Source of the DNA: Amoebophrya sp. A120 | Taxonomy: Eukaryota > Protista > Dinoflagellata | Direction: 5' to 3' | Length of the DNA: 64,000 nucleotides | Assembly: GCA_905178155.1 (NCBI GenBank) | Contig: CAJINV010000004.1 | Location: 6,910,358-6,974,357, forward strand | Part shown: positions 23,834-36,300 of the stretch, one piece after another | How positions within the stretch are numbered: position 1 is the stretch's first letter | Layout of the letters: every line of letters begins with the position of its first letter | Position numbers and translations under genes: made by a program | Notes under the pieces: model-generated | What the model saw: only the letters and a program-made list of their open reading frames with translations | What the model was told of the DNA's origin: nothing | The model's database searches: none

Positions 23834-26800
23834 CTATGCCAAATCCAACACCAGCGCTCCCTTCGACTCCGCCCTTGCCAAGGTTTCCTCCAACAGCAAG
23901 GTTTCGTCAATCTTCTCAAACGGCCCGTGCTCCAGCGCATCTTGCAGGTCGATCACTTCCTGCACTTCGGACGGCTTCAACACCGGAAAATGCTCGTCCC
24001 GCCCAAACACGTTCGCCGTGCTCGGGAATTATCGAGCGCAAAAGTATCGTACTCATTACGTCACACATGCAAAATCTTTCTGTTATAGGTAAATCAGCAT
24101 TACAAATTTTATTTCTCATGCTGAGGAAATTTGTAATGCATTTATATACGAGAAGTACTGTACTTTTGCAATGCATAGGAATATCCTGGCGATCTTTTCA
24201 AACACCCCCAAATCTCCCTGCGGATACAGGCCCACCTCCACCGGCGCTCTTTGTACGGACTTCAACAGGCCCGCGTAGGCCCACCGCTCGTTATCCTGTG
24301 TAAAAACAACGGCCTGATCCCATAGTTGTCACGGAGATTCGCGTCCTCCGCATGAGAGGGATTCCTTTGTAGTCGTGTTCTGGGATTTGTAATGCAGTAA
24401 GCGGAATGAGCAGGCATCTTTGTGATGCGGCTGTCCTCGCTAAGCGTAAGCACAAGCCGCACTACACTTGTCCTCATGCTGCATAACTTCCAAAACTTTA
24501 ACTTGGAAACTTCTTGTATTGCAAATTTACCAAGAATCGTTGACTATGGGGTGTGGGCCCGCCCGTTTTTGCTGAGGATACTCGAACAGCGTGATCAACT
24601 CGCTGCGCTGCTTGGCCTCCGGCTCGATCCAGGTGTCTTTCAGTTTTCGCAGCGTGACGTTTTTCTCAAGTAAATCAGGCTCGGTTAGGATCCGCCTATC
24701 CGCCTTATCAACTGCAAAAGTGTTTGGGTCCGGAAGGGTGTAGGAGTTTGTCATGTAGATTTTGGAAGACCCGGGATGTCTTGTCTGCGATGCATGCCCT
24801 AGCATCACAGATTTTGATGCGAGGGCTTCGGCTTCCTCATGCCTCTACCGCATGAGAAGTAATACTCTGTCTGCGTAATCAAAACTGGACTGCTGTTGCT
24901 GCTCATGCAATACAGATTTTTGTAGAATCCAGAGGCAGCATGACAAGCTTGTATCCTTCCAAACCCAGACATATTGGCATTTGATACGCCTCCTCCTGCT
25001 CCAGCTTCAACCGGTCGATCCGCAGCAGCCAGCTCGGCCTGCTGGTGAACTTCACGGCGGGCCAGTTATGGAAGAAAAAAACTGTGTTACTGTAACTTTC
25101 TTTGGCTGACAGCATCACAAATATGCTCTACATGACATCACCAGAGAAAACCTGTCATGCGTGGCTCCTGAGGGAAGACGAACACGAAAAGAGGACTTCG
25201 TGGTTGCCTGGCATGACAGGTGTGACTCTGTTGCATGTTCTGCATCACAGAGTTACACTTACACAGTTTTTTTCTTGCGTACCAGTGTCTCCGCATGTAT
25301 TCATCCGTGAAATACAGAAACGTCAGCGGCGTGTAGCGCTGCTGGTCGCAGTTGTGCATAGTGTAGTTCGCCCGGTTCTTATCGCAGGAAAAAACTGTTT
25401 CACTGTGATGGTTTTATTGCAAGATCTGCGTCACAAGTTTGTTACACATGGCACAGAAAATTTGCCATGCGCGTTTCCCAAGGGAAAACACGGTTAATAA
25501 TCCATTGTGTTGCAGGTGTAGCAAGACAAACACTTTGGCGTTTCGTTCTCTGCATCACAGGTTCACAGTGAAACAGTTTTTTCTTGCGATAGTTCTTCCA
25601 GTGGAAGTGCGCACAGAGAACCCACCGCACCGGGTAGACGACCGGGTAGGATTTGTCCGCGATGGTGACCATCTTCTTGTTGTCGTTCCTCTCTCAAAAG
25701 GAAAAATCCCCCCTCCCCATCGCAAAACCGAATTTCTGACGCTGGATTTGGATACACAAATCAAATTTGTGTTCTTGCAGAAGTAGAGGACTGCACGCAG
25801 ATCCTAAACCCAGGAGCGGACCTTTTCGCGTAGGAGCCTAGCATGGTAGGCGGCTGCCCTGTAGGCCTTACAGCATTACAACGCGCCTGCATAACGTGGC
25901 GGACAGCCTGCGCGCGCCTTCCTGCAAGACAGACCCGATTTGTGGTCACAAATCTGCATCACAAAATTTCAGACTGGTGCACTTTCAGTATCAAGAGGGG
26001 GGATTTTTCCTTGCAGTATCCTTCTCGTGTTCATTACCGACGCGTCGTGCTCCCCGTGTTCTGACAGGTGCATGTGGGTCGCGAGGCCGACGAGAGCCTG
26101 CTTGCTGTCCATGGATCTCTCGTTGTATTCCGATAATGTTTTCTCGTTCTCCTCGTCCTCCACACCGGCAGAGTATGAAAGCCTCAGGTTGGAAATCCTC
26201 AAAGTGGAAATAATTTGTGACGCATGCAATGCTACGCAAAAGCCCCTGTATTGCAGAGGACGCAATGGAGGCCGACTATTGTGCTTCTACGGGTTCAGAA
26301 TTGGGCTGCTGATTAGCACGACAGAAGGGCACCCCTTTGCCTAACTAGCATCACAGACACGTTTTGAGTACAACCCGGGAAATTTGTCATGCGCCGACTA
26401 CAAATGGCGTTCGAACTGGAATCGTTTTTTTGCATTACAAATTATTTCCACTTTGAGGATTTCCAACCTGAGGCTTTCATACAGAGAGCAGTGGCCTTTT
26501 CACCGTGAACGTCGGGCGGAGCTCCGGCGCGCGGGAATTCGGGTCGTGGTCGATCAAGTCGTGGCCCATCATTTTCATCATGAAATCCGTTTTCATAGTC
26601 GGGTTCCCGGCGACCTGATGGGTCAGCAGCTGCTCGCGGCCGAGGGTCTTCAGAAAATCTTCCCCGCGCTGCTTGATCAAATCGGCCACGCACTGCGCGT
26701 CGTGGGACTGGGCGGAGCACTGCTTGATTTCATCCTGTGCAAAAGGATCGCACTCGTATTGCAATCATGCATCACAAATCTTTTTCCTAAGGTAAATCCG

Positions 26801-29800
26801 CATTACAAATTTCATTTCCCATGCCGAGGAAATTTGTATATGCATTTATACAAGTACGATACTTTTGCAATTCGTTTTCATAGATTTCATCTGTTGTCGA
26901 CTCTGCACCAGAGGTTGTAGTCGCGCCACCTGTTCGTGTATCCACAAATAAAGACCCATCCCGCCCAACTCCACCATCCAATTTGTCATGCTCAACAACA
27001 TGCAACATCACTTCCAGCGTACTTTCTCATGCAAAAGAACATGGATGGGGATGGGTGTTTTTTCCTAGATATGGTGTAGCTGCAGCACTCGTAGTAGATG
27101 AAGGCGTCACCCACCACTTCTTCGTCTTCAACCCTGATCTGCGTCTTTTCCACCAGATGTAGTACTGGTTCTGTCTGTATCAAATGCAAATATGTCTGGA
27201 CTCTGGATGATTGCCAGGTTTGTCATGCATATTTGGCACAACCCATCGTGCCTGTAATGCATGACCTAGCATCACAGATCTATTTTCAGGTGCCTTCCGA
27301 TGCGTATTCCACATGAGAAATAATGCCCACTCCGCGTAGCGCAAAGTGAACTATTTCCGCGTAGCGCAAAGGTCTTCATGCAATACAGATTTTGTTAGCG
27401 TCCAAAGACAGCATCACAAGTTGGTACCCTCCAGACATTCAGGCATATTTGCATTCCATCGTCTGTACGTCAGCTCCGTGTCGTCGTGTTCGAGGGTCAG
27501 GAAGTGGTATGGAAGCGTCAGGTTTGAAATCGTCAAAGTTGAAATAATTTGTAATGCATAAAATGCATGACCCGAGGTACGTGTGTTGCAAAGCAGGCAA
27601 GTGAAGCCGATTGCCAGCCTGTTTGGGGTTACAGATCGAGCAGCTAGAGTAGCATGAAAAAATCGCTCTTCTTTGCCCAAACAGCATGACAAACTGGATT
27701 TAGGGACCACCAAAATTTGTCATGCGCCACTTGAAAACTGGGTTCAAACTGGCATCCATTTTATGCATGGCAAATTATTTCAACTTTGTCGATTTCAACT
27801 CTGACACGTCCATAAGTGGTGCCCCAGCGTTCCATTCACCCATTTCCCGTTAGGCATCGGTCGAACCGCGATGTTCCAGGGGGCGGGGAGATTCTATAAC
27901 AGTACACAACTCGTCCCCCTCCCCCTCATTTGCGTAGCATGGACGGCAATACAAGCATCAGCAAGAATGCCGGTTTTGCATGACAAATTTAGTTTGGAGG
28001 AATGTAGTAGTGCTATAATTTGGGCTCCTACCAGAACTTGTCATGCATAGTAGTGACAGGGGGGAGAGTCTGGAGGTGGTGTTTTGCATGAGAAATTCAT
28101 GAGAACGAGGGGGAGTAGTTGTGCACTGCTCTCATAGATTCATTCTCGACCACGCGGGAATCTCGAAACCGCGGAACTTCACGCGGTGGGTTTTCTCGTC
28201 CCAATAGGCCGACTCCGCTATGAGAGACAGCAGCGACATGGGGTCGTAGCCGTGGTTATCGTATTTACAAACGTCCCCACGCCATAGTTGTAATGCAAAT
28301 CTGCATGCTGAGAATGTTTCTCATGCGGAGCCCCATGAGAAGCACTCTCTGGCCGTTTTTTGGAATTTGTCAAGGTCCAATCAGCACGATATACTAGATC
28401 TGTGATGCTGCTGAGCTAGTACCTCAAACAGAACTACGCGGCGAGCCCAAATTTGTCATGCAAATCAGCCAAAACTTGTGGATTTGTCTAGCCGATTCCC
28501 CATCTTGACGTATGGCGTGGGGACGTTGTTACATAGGATAGTGGTAGGGGTAGATGCAGTCCCGCGGGGCTGCGGCGGTGAGAGACTTCTGGAGTATCCT
28601 GAGTAAAAACGTACCCACGCCAGAGTTGTAATGCAGATTTGCAAAGACAGGAAGACTTGTAATGCGCATCCGCATGAGAGCCATTTCCAATCGTGTTTTG
28701 GAATTTGTGATGCTGTGAACAGGATGAGCAGATGAATCTGTGACGCGGCTGCAGCACTTGCTAACCTGCACTACACTGCGGAGTGCAACTTGTCATGCGT
28801 GACTCACAAAACTCCTAGGTTTGTGTTGCAAAATCCCCATCCTGACTCTGGTGTGGGTACGTTTTTACTCAGGATATGGAGGGCGGTTACTTCTGTAGTT
28901 GCGCCGGCGCTAGAAGTTGAACTTGGTGAGGCTGAAGATGAAGACGCAAGCTGCGTAGTTGCTCTCTCCTCGTCGAAGTTTTCCTTCTTCTCCAACACAA
29001 AGCTGGTACATTTCCACCTCTTTTCCCCGGCGCAGGTGTCCATTTCCCCGGCCGTTTGTGTCTATGAAAGCCTCAGAACGGAAATCCTCAAAGTGGAAAC
29101 AATTTAAATTTGCGATGCATGAAATGCGACGCAAAAGAGACTGTATTGCAGAGGACACAACTGAGGCCGACTATTGTCCTTCTTACGGATTAAGAATTGG
29201 GGTGCTGACTAGCACGAGAGAAGGGCACCCCCTTGCACGAACCAGCATGACAGACATGCTTTGAGTGCCCGGGAGATTTGTGATGCGCCGACTAGAAATG
29301 GCGCTTCAACCGGAGTCGTCTTTTTGCATTACAAATTACTTTCACTGTGAAGATTTCCAACCTGAGGCTTTCATAGTGTCCACATGTGCCGGATGTACTT
29401 GAACTGATACCGCTATGGAAGCGTCAGGATCGAAATCGTCAAAGTTGAAATGGTTTGTGATGCATAAATTGCAACGCTTGCAGTGCCTCTCTTGCAGGGA
29501 TGATAAGTGTGGCCGACAGTCAGCCTGTTTGTGGTCTGCGATAGAGCTGCTAAAGTAGCATGACAAAAGACGCCTTCTGGGGCCCCTAAACAGCATGAGA
29601 GCCTGGATTTAATAGACGGTGCCGAAATTTGTCATGCGCCGCTTGGAAATTGGGCTTCCAACTGGTATCGATTTTGTGCATTACAAGTTACTTATTTATA
29701 TTTCAACTTTGTCGATTTCAATCCTGACACTCCCATAACCGCCACTTCCGCAGATACTCCCGACCCAACTCTCCCCGGACAACCCACGCGTTGGTATGCG

Positions 29801-32683
29801 GTAACGGCACGCCAACGCCAGAAACGTCTTATGAATTGCAAAAGTATCGTAGTACTAGTAGTAATTGCAATACAAATTCGCTCAGCATGACAAATGGAAT
29901 TTGTCATGCGGATTTAGCTTAGAAAAAAATAAATTTGTAATGCATGACTGCAATTACTACGCGTACGATACTTTTGCAATGAATACGTCTGCGGCCGTCG
30001 CGATCATCCCCCCGGTTTTTAGCAGTTCCTCCGGAAAGAGGGACTCAACCGAAATTTCTATCCCGAGTTAAAACGTCCCCACCTCCCCAGAATTATTGTC
30101 ATGCAGATTTGCAATGACAGAACCATTTGTGATGCGCATCCCGCCAATGATAGGCATTTCCGTTCGTGTTTTGGAATTTGTAATGCTGTAAACAGCATAA
30201 TTAGATGGATTTACAATGCGGGCGTCGTTGCCAACCTTCACTACACTACGGCCTGCAAGAACTTGTCATGCGTGACTGCCAATGTTTCGAGATTTGTGTT
30301 GCGAGATCCCCATCTTGACTCTGGGGTGGGGACGTTTTTACACAGGATAATTTCATGCGCGTGCCACACCGCGTCGGAGTCAAGGAACATAATTTGGAAT
30401 ATGGAATGCAAATATGTCTGGGTCTGGAAGGTTGCAACTTGTGATGCTGTCTTTGGAAGGTGAAAAAATGTGTACTGCATGACCAGCAAGAGGAGTTCAG
30501 TTTGTGCACCTGCGCGGAGTCGGCGCTTCTCATGCGGGATACGCATCAGAAGGCCGTTTCCGATCTGTGATGCTAGGTCATGCATTACAGGCATCATGGG
30601 TTATGCAAAATATGCATGACAAACCTGGCACTCTTCCAGACCCAGACATTTTTGCATTTGATATGGAAGTCGTTGTCGCATTGCTGCGCCAAATGCAGCT
30701 CTTTCTCTGTCTTCCCCGACATGAAATCCCCGAGGAACAGTCGCGACCCTCTATGAAAGCCTCAGAATGGAAACCCTCAAAGTGGAAATGATTTGTGATG
30801 CATGAAATGCGACGCAAAAAAGACTGTATTGCAGAGGACGCAATGGAGGCCGACTATTGTCCTGCTAGGGGTGAAGAATCGGAGTGCTTGTGCTGCTTAG
30901 CACGACAGAAGGGCACCCCTTTGCCTTAACCTGCATGACAGACATGCTTTAAGTGCCTGGGAAATTTGTCATGCGCCGACTACTAATGGCGCTTCAACTG
31001 GCGTCGTTCTTTTTTTGCATTACAAATTATTTCCACTTTGAGGATTTCCAACCTGAGGCTTTCATACCCTCTATGCTTCAAGTACTTCGGGTCCGGTCGG
31101 ATTTTCTCCACTTTGTCCTTATGGGAGTGTCAGGATCGAAATCGTCAGAGTTGAAATAATTTGTGATGCAAAAAATGCAGCCCACAGAGTGCCTGTCTTG
31201 CAGAGTAGGTCAGTGAGGCAGATTGTAAGCCTGTTGAGGGATAGAAACCGAGCTGCTAAAATAGCACGACAAAAGGCGTCTTCCTTACCCAAACAGCATG
31301 ACAAACTAGAGTTCGTCTCTACCCAAATTTGTCATGCGCCACTTGAAAACTGGGTCACAACTTTCATCCATTTTATGCATTACAAGTTATTTCAACTTTG
31401 TGGATTTCAATCCTGACACTCCCATAGTCCTCGTCGTCCGCGTAGTAGTGGTCGAAAGAGTATCCTGAGCAAAAATTATGTCACCACACTAGCGTCAAGA
31501 TGGGAAATCTGCTAGACAAATCAACCAGCTTTGGTTGTTTCGCATGACAAGTTTATTATATTGTCCTCGTAGTGTAATCCTGTTTAGCTAGTTCCGAAGC
31601 ATAACAGATCTAGCATATCATGCTGATTCTAGCATCACAAATTGCAAAACACGACTAGAAAACGTTTTTCATGGGGCTCCGCATGACGAACTTTTTGTTT
31701 TTTGATTGGCATGCAGATTTGCATGACAACTCTGGGCGGATCACGGGGACGTTTTTACTCAGAATAAAGAGTGTGGCTGGACCACTTTTTGGTAAAGTTC
31801 CTCTCCTAGAATGGTTGTTTTCAGCTCCTCCATGGCGTCGTGTATCAACTGCAAAAGTGTCTGGGTCTGGAAGAATGCAAGTTTGTCATGCTTGTCTCAC
31901 ACGACAGTTGAATCTGTAATGCGTGAGCAGGAGGAAAAAGCCCTCCTGTCTGTCATGCAAAAAGAAAAACGCAGTTTGCCATGCGCAAAGCGAAACACAT
32001 AGGGACTCAAAAACTTGCCATGCGCGGTAGTGTATTGCAGCACGCCCATCATTCACAAACTAGCATCCCAAGTTTCCAGACCCAGACATATTTGCATTTG
32101 ATATCGTGCCCGCAAGCGCCAAACTCCTCGATCACCAGTTGATACCCGAGAAACACTATCCACCGCAAAATTCTCGCCCCCGTACTTCTGATTGCAGTCA
32201 CCCATGACAAATCTGGTTTCCTAGGTCATTCAGCACGACAAGTTTCATTTTTAATGCTGAAAAAATTTGTCATGCAATGACTACAACTACTAGTACGTGC
32301 GCGATGCGTTTGCGATGTATAAACACCTTCACCCACGTTTGCGCCATAACGTCGGAGTGAAACCTCGTCCGGTCGTAGAACCGGTACTCATAGCCCCAGC
32401 GGTACGCATAAAGCCCGTTGACCTCGCGGAACCCGGCCAGCCAGGGCACTTCGTCGAAATCGCGCTTGTCGTAGCTGAAAACGATGGTCTTGGTGGCGAA
32501 GCATGAGTAAAATGTTGAGAAGAGGAGGAGGAAGGAGAGAAAGTTCCACCGGAAATTATGCAGACGCTGGTTTCCATGTAATGGTTGGTAGTCCGCCGCG
32601 GTGAAATGCGCACTCCGCTGGAGCAAGCCGGCAGGATTCGCGCGAGCACGGCCGCGCCGGAGGGTACCGGTGCCCGGAGTCAT
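23834..32683 (-). CDS. Putative GT-A (DXD) glycosyltransferase, GT34-like; paralog 2
   Basis: Shares TIVFSYDKRD, TWVKVF, FLDSDAVWHAH, GYDP.SLL, LTLEHDD and WVLC.HFHWK with paralog 1. Interrupted by 24 introners. Start codon uncertain. Confidence 0.65.
24030..24177. mobile_element. Introner family B
   Basis: TSD ggaat/ggaat. Confidence 0.9.
24292..24580. mobile_element. Introner family C (diverged)
   Basis: TSD ctcgt/ctcga. Confidence 0.85.
24706..24986. mobile_element. Introner family A
   Basis: TSD cgcct/cgcct. Confidence 0.9.
25067..25281. mobile_element. Introner family G
   Basis: TSD ccagt/ccagt. Confidence 0.88.
25380..25591. mobile_element. Introner family G
   Basis: TIR tatcgca(g/a)gaaaaaactgtttcactgtga; TSD gttct/gttct. 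Confidence 0.9.
25692..26018. mobile_element. Introner family J (singleton here)
   Basis: Inverted repeat aaggaaaaatcccccctc; TSD tcctc/tcctt; termini degenerate. Confidence 0.75.
26174..26481. mobile_element. Introner family D
   Basis: Perfect ~45-bp TIRs; TSD cagag/cagag. Confidence 0.93.
26731..26882. mobile_element. Introner family B
   Basis: TSD gattt/gattt; left end CAT. Confidence 0.85.
26939..27071. mobile_element. Introner family I
   Basis: TSD tcgtg/tggtg; ggatggggatgg end as in 53598. Confidence 0.75.
27178..27460. mobile_element. Introner family A
   Basis: TSD gtctg/gtctg; right end ATC. Confidence 0.85.
27508..27814. mobile_element. Introner family E
   Basis: TSD agtgg/agtgg. 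Confidence 0.9.
27895..28136. mobile_element. Introner family H
   Basis: TSD gattc/gattc. Confidence 0.85.
28257..28540. mobile_element. Introner family C
   Basis: TSD gtggt/gtggt. Confidence 0.88.
28595..28876. mobile_element. Introner family C
   Basis: TSD tggag/tggag; close copy of 22093-22371. Confidence 0.92.
29063..29375. mobile_element. Introner family D
   Basis: TSD gtgtc/gtgtc. Confidence 0.9.
29414..29737. mobile_element. Introner family E
   Basis: TSD accgc/accgc. Confidence 0.9.
29830..29985. mobile_element. Introner family B
   Basis: TSD cgtct/cgtct. Confidence 0.9.
30059..30349. mobile_element. Introner family C
   Basis: TSD atttc/atttc. Confidence 0.88.
30400..30663. mobile_element. 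Introner family A
   Basis: TSD tggaa/tggaa. Confidence 0.9.
30752..31066. mobile_element. Introner family D
   Basis: TSD ccctc/ccctc. Confidence 0.9.
31120..31426. mobile_element. Introner family E
   Basis: TSD gtcct/gtcct. Confidence 0.9.
31461..31766. mobile_element. Introner family C (diverged)
   Basis: TSD aagag/aagag. Confidence 0.85.
31843..32103. mobile_element. Introner family A
   Basis: TSD tcgtg/tcgtg. Confidence 0.9.
32157..32321. mobile_element. Introner family B (diverged)
   Basis: TSD aacac/aacac. Confidence 0.8.
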
Positions 32684-33361
32684 GGCCAGACGAGGACTCG
32701 GCGGGGCCGGGGGGGAACGAACACGAAGATATTAGGAGTCAACGCATCAGAAAGAACATCAAGATCATACAAAAGGGCAAAACAGATGACAGGCGCTGGC
32801 GAGCAAGCGTTGAAAAGAACAAAAGCGTCGGAATCGGAACGAAAAAGAACTACAGAAGAGCAATAAAAAACCTCCACCACCACGACGTCAAACATCGATC
32901 AATGGACACACGACACATCGAGCCAATATGTTCATATGCTAATGCTGATCTTCTACTGCTCTTCGGCGCACTTATACATGAACACATTTGGAGGTCGTGA
33001 GCGACCAATTGAGAGGAATTTGAAGTCACAGAAGCAACGCGTCTTCAGCGAACGACTTTCCGCCCGTTCTTTCTCGTGATCTTCAGTTTTTTTGTTTTTT
33101 ACTGTTTTAACTCCAAGGTGAACTGGTTCTTGTAGAGGTTGTTGGCGCGGCAACATTTTGTTCGAGAGCCACTCGGCAGGTTTGGATTTGGTTTTGGAAG
33201 ATGGTCGTGAGATGATGAGCGTAGTTGTATACAGTTGTAACAGCTGATGTGTAGTTAGTAGTCGGTGGCATGTCCGCGAGTCAGTGGCCGGCACGACTGC
33301 GTTCGTGCTCGTGGCGTGATGAAGGAAGACTAGGACCGCCATACCTTTTTGCAATACCAGT

Positions 33362-36300
33362 TCAGCTTCGCGGAGGTGGCATGCTGTTGTCTCCTTCGTA
33401 AGGACTTCTACCACGTGCAGCATAACTATTATTTCTGTCCTCTTCATCATCATTTCCCAACAACGCCTGTCGTGCCTGCTCGTTCGCTGTCATATTCCCG
33501 GAAATTCGAAAATTGTCCCCTGCTTGTTCCGCGGCAAAATGATCTTCCTGTGGTCCGTCGGTACTTCTACTTGTCCCCCGTTTTATCTCCTCCTCCACAT
33601 GATGATGATGATGCTGGTGGTCTACGTCTTCTACCATACGTCCAGTACTGCTGCTACCGTGCTGTGCACCTCCTCCACCGAGCGGGGACGGCGGGATCAA
33701 AATCCCCTCCGAAGCCGGTTTCCCGTGGAGCCCGAAGGGCCCCAGAGGGCTGGAAAGCAGTAGATTTGGTATCCTGTGTAAGAACGCCCCCACCCCATAG
33801 TCAAGTCTGCTAGACAAATCACCAAGCTTTGGCTGTTGCGCATGACAAGTGTGGCCTCGTAGTGTATTAATCCTGTTTAGCAAGTTCAGCAGCATCACAG
33901 ATCTAGCATATCATGGAGATTGGAGCATGACAAATTTCGAAACACGACAAGAAAACACTGCCCATGGGGCTCCGCATGAGAAACATTCTCAGCATGTAGA
34001 TTTGCATTTTACAACTATGGGGTGGGGACGTTTTCACTCCGGATATCTGGCGTCTGTTGTTCTGATCGGTGATCTACAGCAAGAACTTGATGATCGGCGC
34101 GCTCGATCGGTGTAGGTGTTGACGACTGTTGAACTTGAACAAAAAGCGGCTCTACTAATTCTTGCTGTTGCAGCTGCAGCGGCTGGTAGTTGTGGTGTTG
34201 GCTTTGGTTATTTTCCAGTTGGAACAAATGATCTACTTCGTGGTTTAAGATCGGGGTGTCGAACACAATCAAGTCCTGGAGCTATCCTAAGCAAAAACGT
34301 CCCCACGACCCCATAGCCAAGTTTGGAATCTAGCAACACAAGTATCCAAGTTTTGGGAGCTGTGCATGACAAGTTTCCCTCTGCAGTGTAGTGCTGGTTG
34401 GCAAGGAACGCCGCATGAGAAAGCTCTTTTCTCATCCTGTTTACAGCATTACAAATACAAATTCCAAAACACGATTGGAAACAATGCCTCTCATGGAGCT
34501 GCGCATTACAAATCGATTCCTGTCATTGCGCATTTGCATGACAACTCTGGGGAGGTGGGGACGCTTTTACTCAGGATAGGAGCTGCTCTTCGTGGTCGGA
34601 CATCACCGGCGATAAGTTCTGGTGCTCTTCTCCTCTATGCGAGAAAAAAACTATGTGAGTGTAACAAATCTGTGATGCGGAACTATGTAAAACAGTTATC
34701 ACCTGTCATGCTGGATCTGCGTAGTTATAGGCCGCTTTCATACGCGTTTCCACTGATACTAGCTGCGCATGCCAGGTTTATTTCCCTGTAATGCAAAGGG
34801 AATTTGTGATGCTGCTCTTCCTACACATTTTCAACACTTACACAGTTTTTTTCCTGGATATCCTCGATGAAGATTGTTGTACTGCTGATTCTTACTTGCG
34901 CTTGCCTGCTGGTGCTGCGCCGCGTTATCGCCGACGCACCACGTGGCGGCGTTTTCTTCCAACAGCGTGGAATCGATCTTCGGTATGAACTGCGAAAGTA
35001 TCGACATCATACGATGCAAGTCTTACATTACAAATATTTTTCCTAAAGTAAATCAGCATGACGAATTTTATTTCTCATGCTGAGAAAATTTGCAATGCAT
35101 TTATACGAGTACGATACTTTTGCATTTGATATTCGGAAAAGGATGTTGCTGCTGATGGCTGGCTGACGTCGTGCTGGAGGCGCAGCTCGGATGCTGGTTG
35201 ATGTTCTCCAGGAAATTATCGGTTGTTTGCTGTTCTTGCAGCGCGAGTAGATCCGCTGCATTTGTACATCCGGCCGCCTGCGAACTATTGCTTGCTCCTG
35301 TTTGCTGCCCTGCTCCCCTTGTCGTGCTGGTATTATTGTGGTCAGCCGCTGCGTTGGTCGGTGCGCCATCGAAACTACATATGGACTGCTTCTTGTAAAA
35401 AGCGTCGGATTTGTAGGCGTCGACCGGCTCGGAGAAGACGGAGGCTGTCGTGCATTTGCATAATATTGAAGTTATAATTTGACAAAAATTGATGTAGAGG
35501 TTTTGATAGTTTCATTGATCGATAGGACGGGAAAGAACAGAAGTTTTATGATTGATCAAGTGTAGTTTTTCTTTTTATGCACGAGTAACCCAAAATACAA
35601 GCGGTAGATGAAATCAATTATCCAAAAATACTTCTTGGCAAGCTTGCCAGTGTGGTGTTCAGGTAAAAATTTGGCGTCCCGCCCGGCACGAGATCTTCGT
35701 GCGCCCCGCGAAAGTCGTTATTCATTCCTCGTGGGCTGCACCCCTGAAAAGCATTTCCATGATTTCCGGCTCCTTGGTAGTTCGCCGGGTTTGCCGGTGG
35801 ACTGGGGTGGAACTTCATCCCCCACGCGGCCTTTATGCGCTTCCCGCGGTCCGCACCGATGTTCAGCCTGAGTTGGTGCCGCGCTTTCGCATTTGAAGGA
35901 CCCGGCTGGTGATAGTAGTTTCCACCACCTTCGCCGGGTTTGTTCCTAGAAAAATTATCGTTCTGATCCCGGTTCTTGGTGGAGAAATTTCTGCCGTCTT
36001 GATGTTGCCCAGCACGATAAAAATTTCTTCCGTTGTTATTCATCTCGGAACCACCTCCGATAATTCCATTTCCTTTTCCACCAGTAAAGTTTCTGTTGTA
36101 ATTTCTAATTCTATCACCTGGTCCACCTTGTTGTTGTCCACCGGTCTGCATACCAGAAGAAGTAGCCCCGCCACCAGCGTCTTTATTGTACAACCCAGTC
36201 GTCTGCGACAGACGCAATTCGCGGTTTAGCCCGTCCTTCATCTTATTCCTATCGTTGTGGATCCGAAGCGTTTTCGGCGCGGAGTGGGGTAAGAGTGTGT

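Noticed and set aside
23394-24092. 232-aa plus-strand ORF
   Set aside because: It overlaps the last exon of paralog 2 in antisense, runs into an introner, and shows no recognisable domain.
10925-32321. CRISPR-like alternation of repeats and short unique spacers
   Set aside because: The repeats are long, heterogeneous TIR elements and the spacers are in-frame exons; no cas genes.
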